Shown in pieces: positions 63,040-64,000 of a stretch of 64,000 nucleotides of DNA. The DNA comes from Chlorokybus atmophyticus. Lineage: Eukaryota > Plantae > Mesostigma and Chlorokybus algae. The translations under genes were made by a program, and so were the position numbers. The DNA is taken from NCBI GenBank assembly GCA_009103225.1, contig RHPI01003536.1, forward strand, positions 62,001-126,000, written 5' to 3'. Within the stretch, counting starts at the first letter, position 1, and the number at the start of each line of letters is the position of its first letter. Below the pieces are notes generated by a model. The model was not told the origin of the DNA. It searched no databases and worked only from the letters and a program-made list of their open reading frames with translations.

Positions 63040-64000
63040 TTACCGTTCGCGTGTGGACACCGTACTCCAGTACCCCCGAAGAATCTTTTGGCAGTTGGTA
63101 AGATTCCTTTCGGGCTCCCATGTATTGTGTTCAACACCATACCCTTTCCATTTCACCAAGTAAGACGGCGCGCGTCCGCGCCGGGGCTTACGATGACTTA
63201 GGACTGCTTCCACCTCATACTCGAAAGTATCGTCGCCATCCACTGCAACGGGGGGTGGAGGAGGTTGAACCCGACCGTCAGAACGATACGGTTTCATTAC
63301 ACTCACGTGAAACACATTGTGAATGCGTATTGACTTTGGCAATTCCAAACGATACGCGTGAGTGCCGACCCGATCAATTACCTTGAAAGGGCCTATCCAG
63401 CGAGGGAAAAACTTGCGGGTACCCACTCCCTTAATGGATATGTTTTTGGTACTTAAAAGCACCGAACAGCCCACATCGTAGCTGGCCTCTCTACGATGCG
63501 CATCAGCATGGGCTTTTTGTCTGTCTTGCGCTGCGCGCAGACAGTCCTTTGCCAGCGCTAGCCTATCCTGCATGGCCGAAGCCATCTCGCGTGCTGCAGG
63601 TACGCGAGTTATGTCGGTAGCGGGCAACTTGATGTTCGCAGGACTTAGTGGATGCACTCCGTAGTTCAAGAAAAACGGAGTTTCCTGCACACTCTCTTGC
63701 CAAGCATTGTTAATCGCAAACTCAGCCATTGGGAGATAGATATCCCAGTCAGACTGGTTTGGACTCACATAATGCCGAATGGTTTCCTCAATCACTTGAT
63801 TGGCGCGCTCTGTCTGACCATCCGTTTGTGGATGATAAGCTGTGCTCATGTTCTGCTGAATATGTAAGAAGCTGCATAGCGACTTCCAGAACTGAGACAC
63901 AAATCGCGGATCGCGATCAGACACAAAGTTGCGAGGCAAACCATGCAACTTAAACACAGAGGCGACAAAAACCATCGCTAACTCACGGGAGCCTATTTCC
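63040..64000 (-). mobile_element. Ty3/Gypsy chromovirus pol 3' end: integrase + GPY/F + chromodomain (runs off window)
   Basis: VSDRDPRF..STAYHPQTDGQTERANQ; PRWIGPFKV; YEVEAVLSHR..YLVKWKGYGVEHNTWEPERNL; open frame. Confidence 0.95.

Overview
Eukaryotic draft-assembly window (three N-gaps, GT-AG introns full of GC/AC repeats), most likely from a flagellate-stage green or charophyte alga (inferred from SAS6L, a bryophyte-like front-end desaturase and GT29/GT61/TBL wall genes). It holds about 14 intron-containing host genes: TBL-like esterase, GT61, TFIIA-L, LSm10-like, GT29, transaldolase, HIG1, PWP2, RPAP3, Delta6-type desaturase, a thylakoid protein, SAS6L, two tandem MaoC dehydratases and a polyketide-cyclase-like protein. 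It also holds two Ty3/Gypsy retroelements. The standout is a 10.8-kb element (11224-21998). Its single reading frame encodes Gag-protease-C5 DNA methyltransferase-RT-RNaseH-DDE integrase-PHD finger, and it lacks ordinary LTRs. Its termini are split direct repeats, A1-[coding]-B1-A2-B2, an architecture known from tyrosine-recombinase (PAT/Ngaro) retroelements, yet it ends TG...CA with a 4-bp target duplication. It also has an internal palindromic end-to-end junction (GACA-GC-TGTC), a Tf1-like self-priming site and a 15-bp terminal redundancy. Together these suggest a circle-then-integrate pathway for a DDE-integrase retrotransposon. That mechanism is inference from a single, decayed copy.
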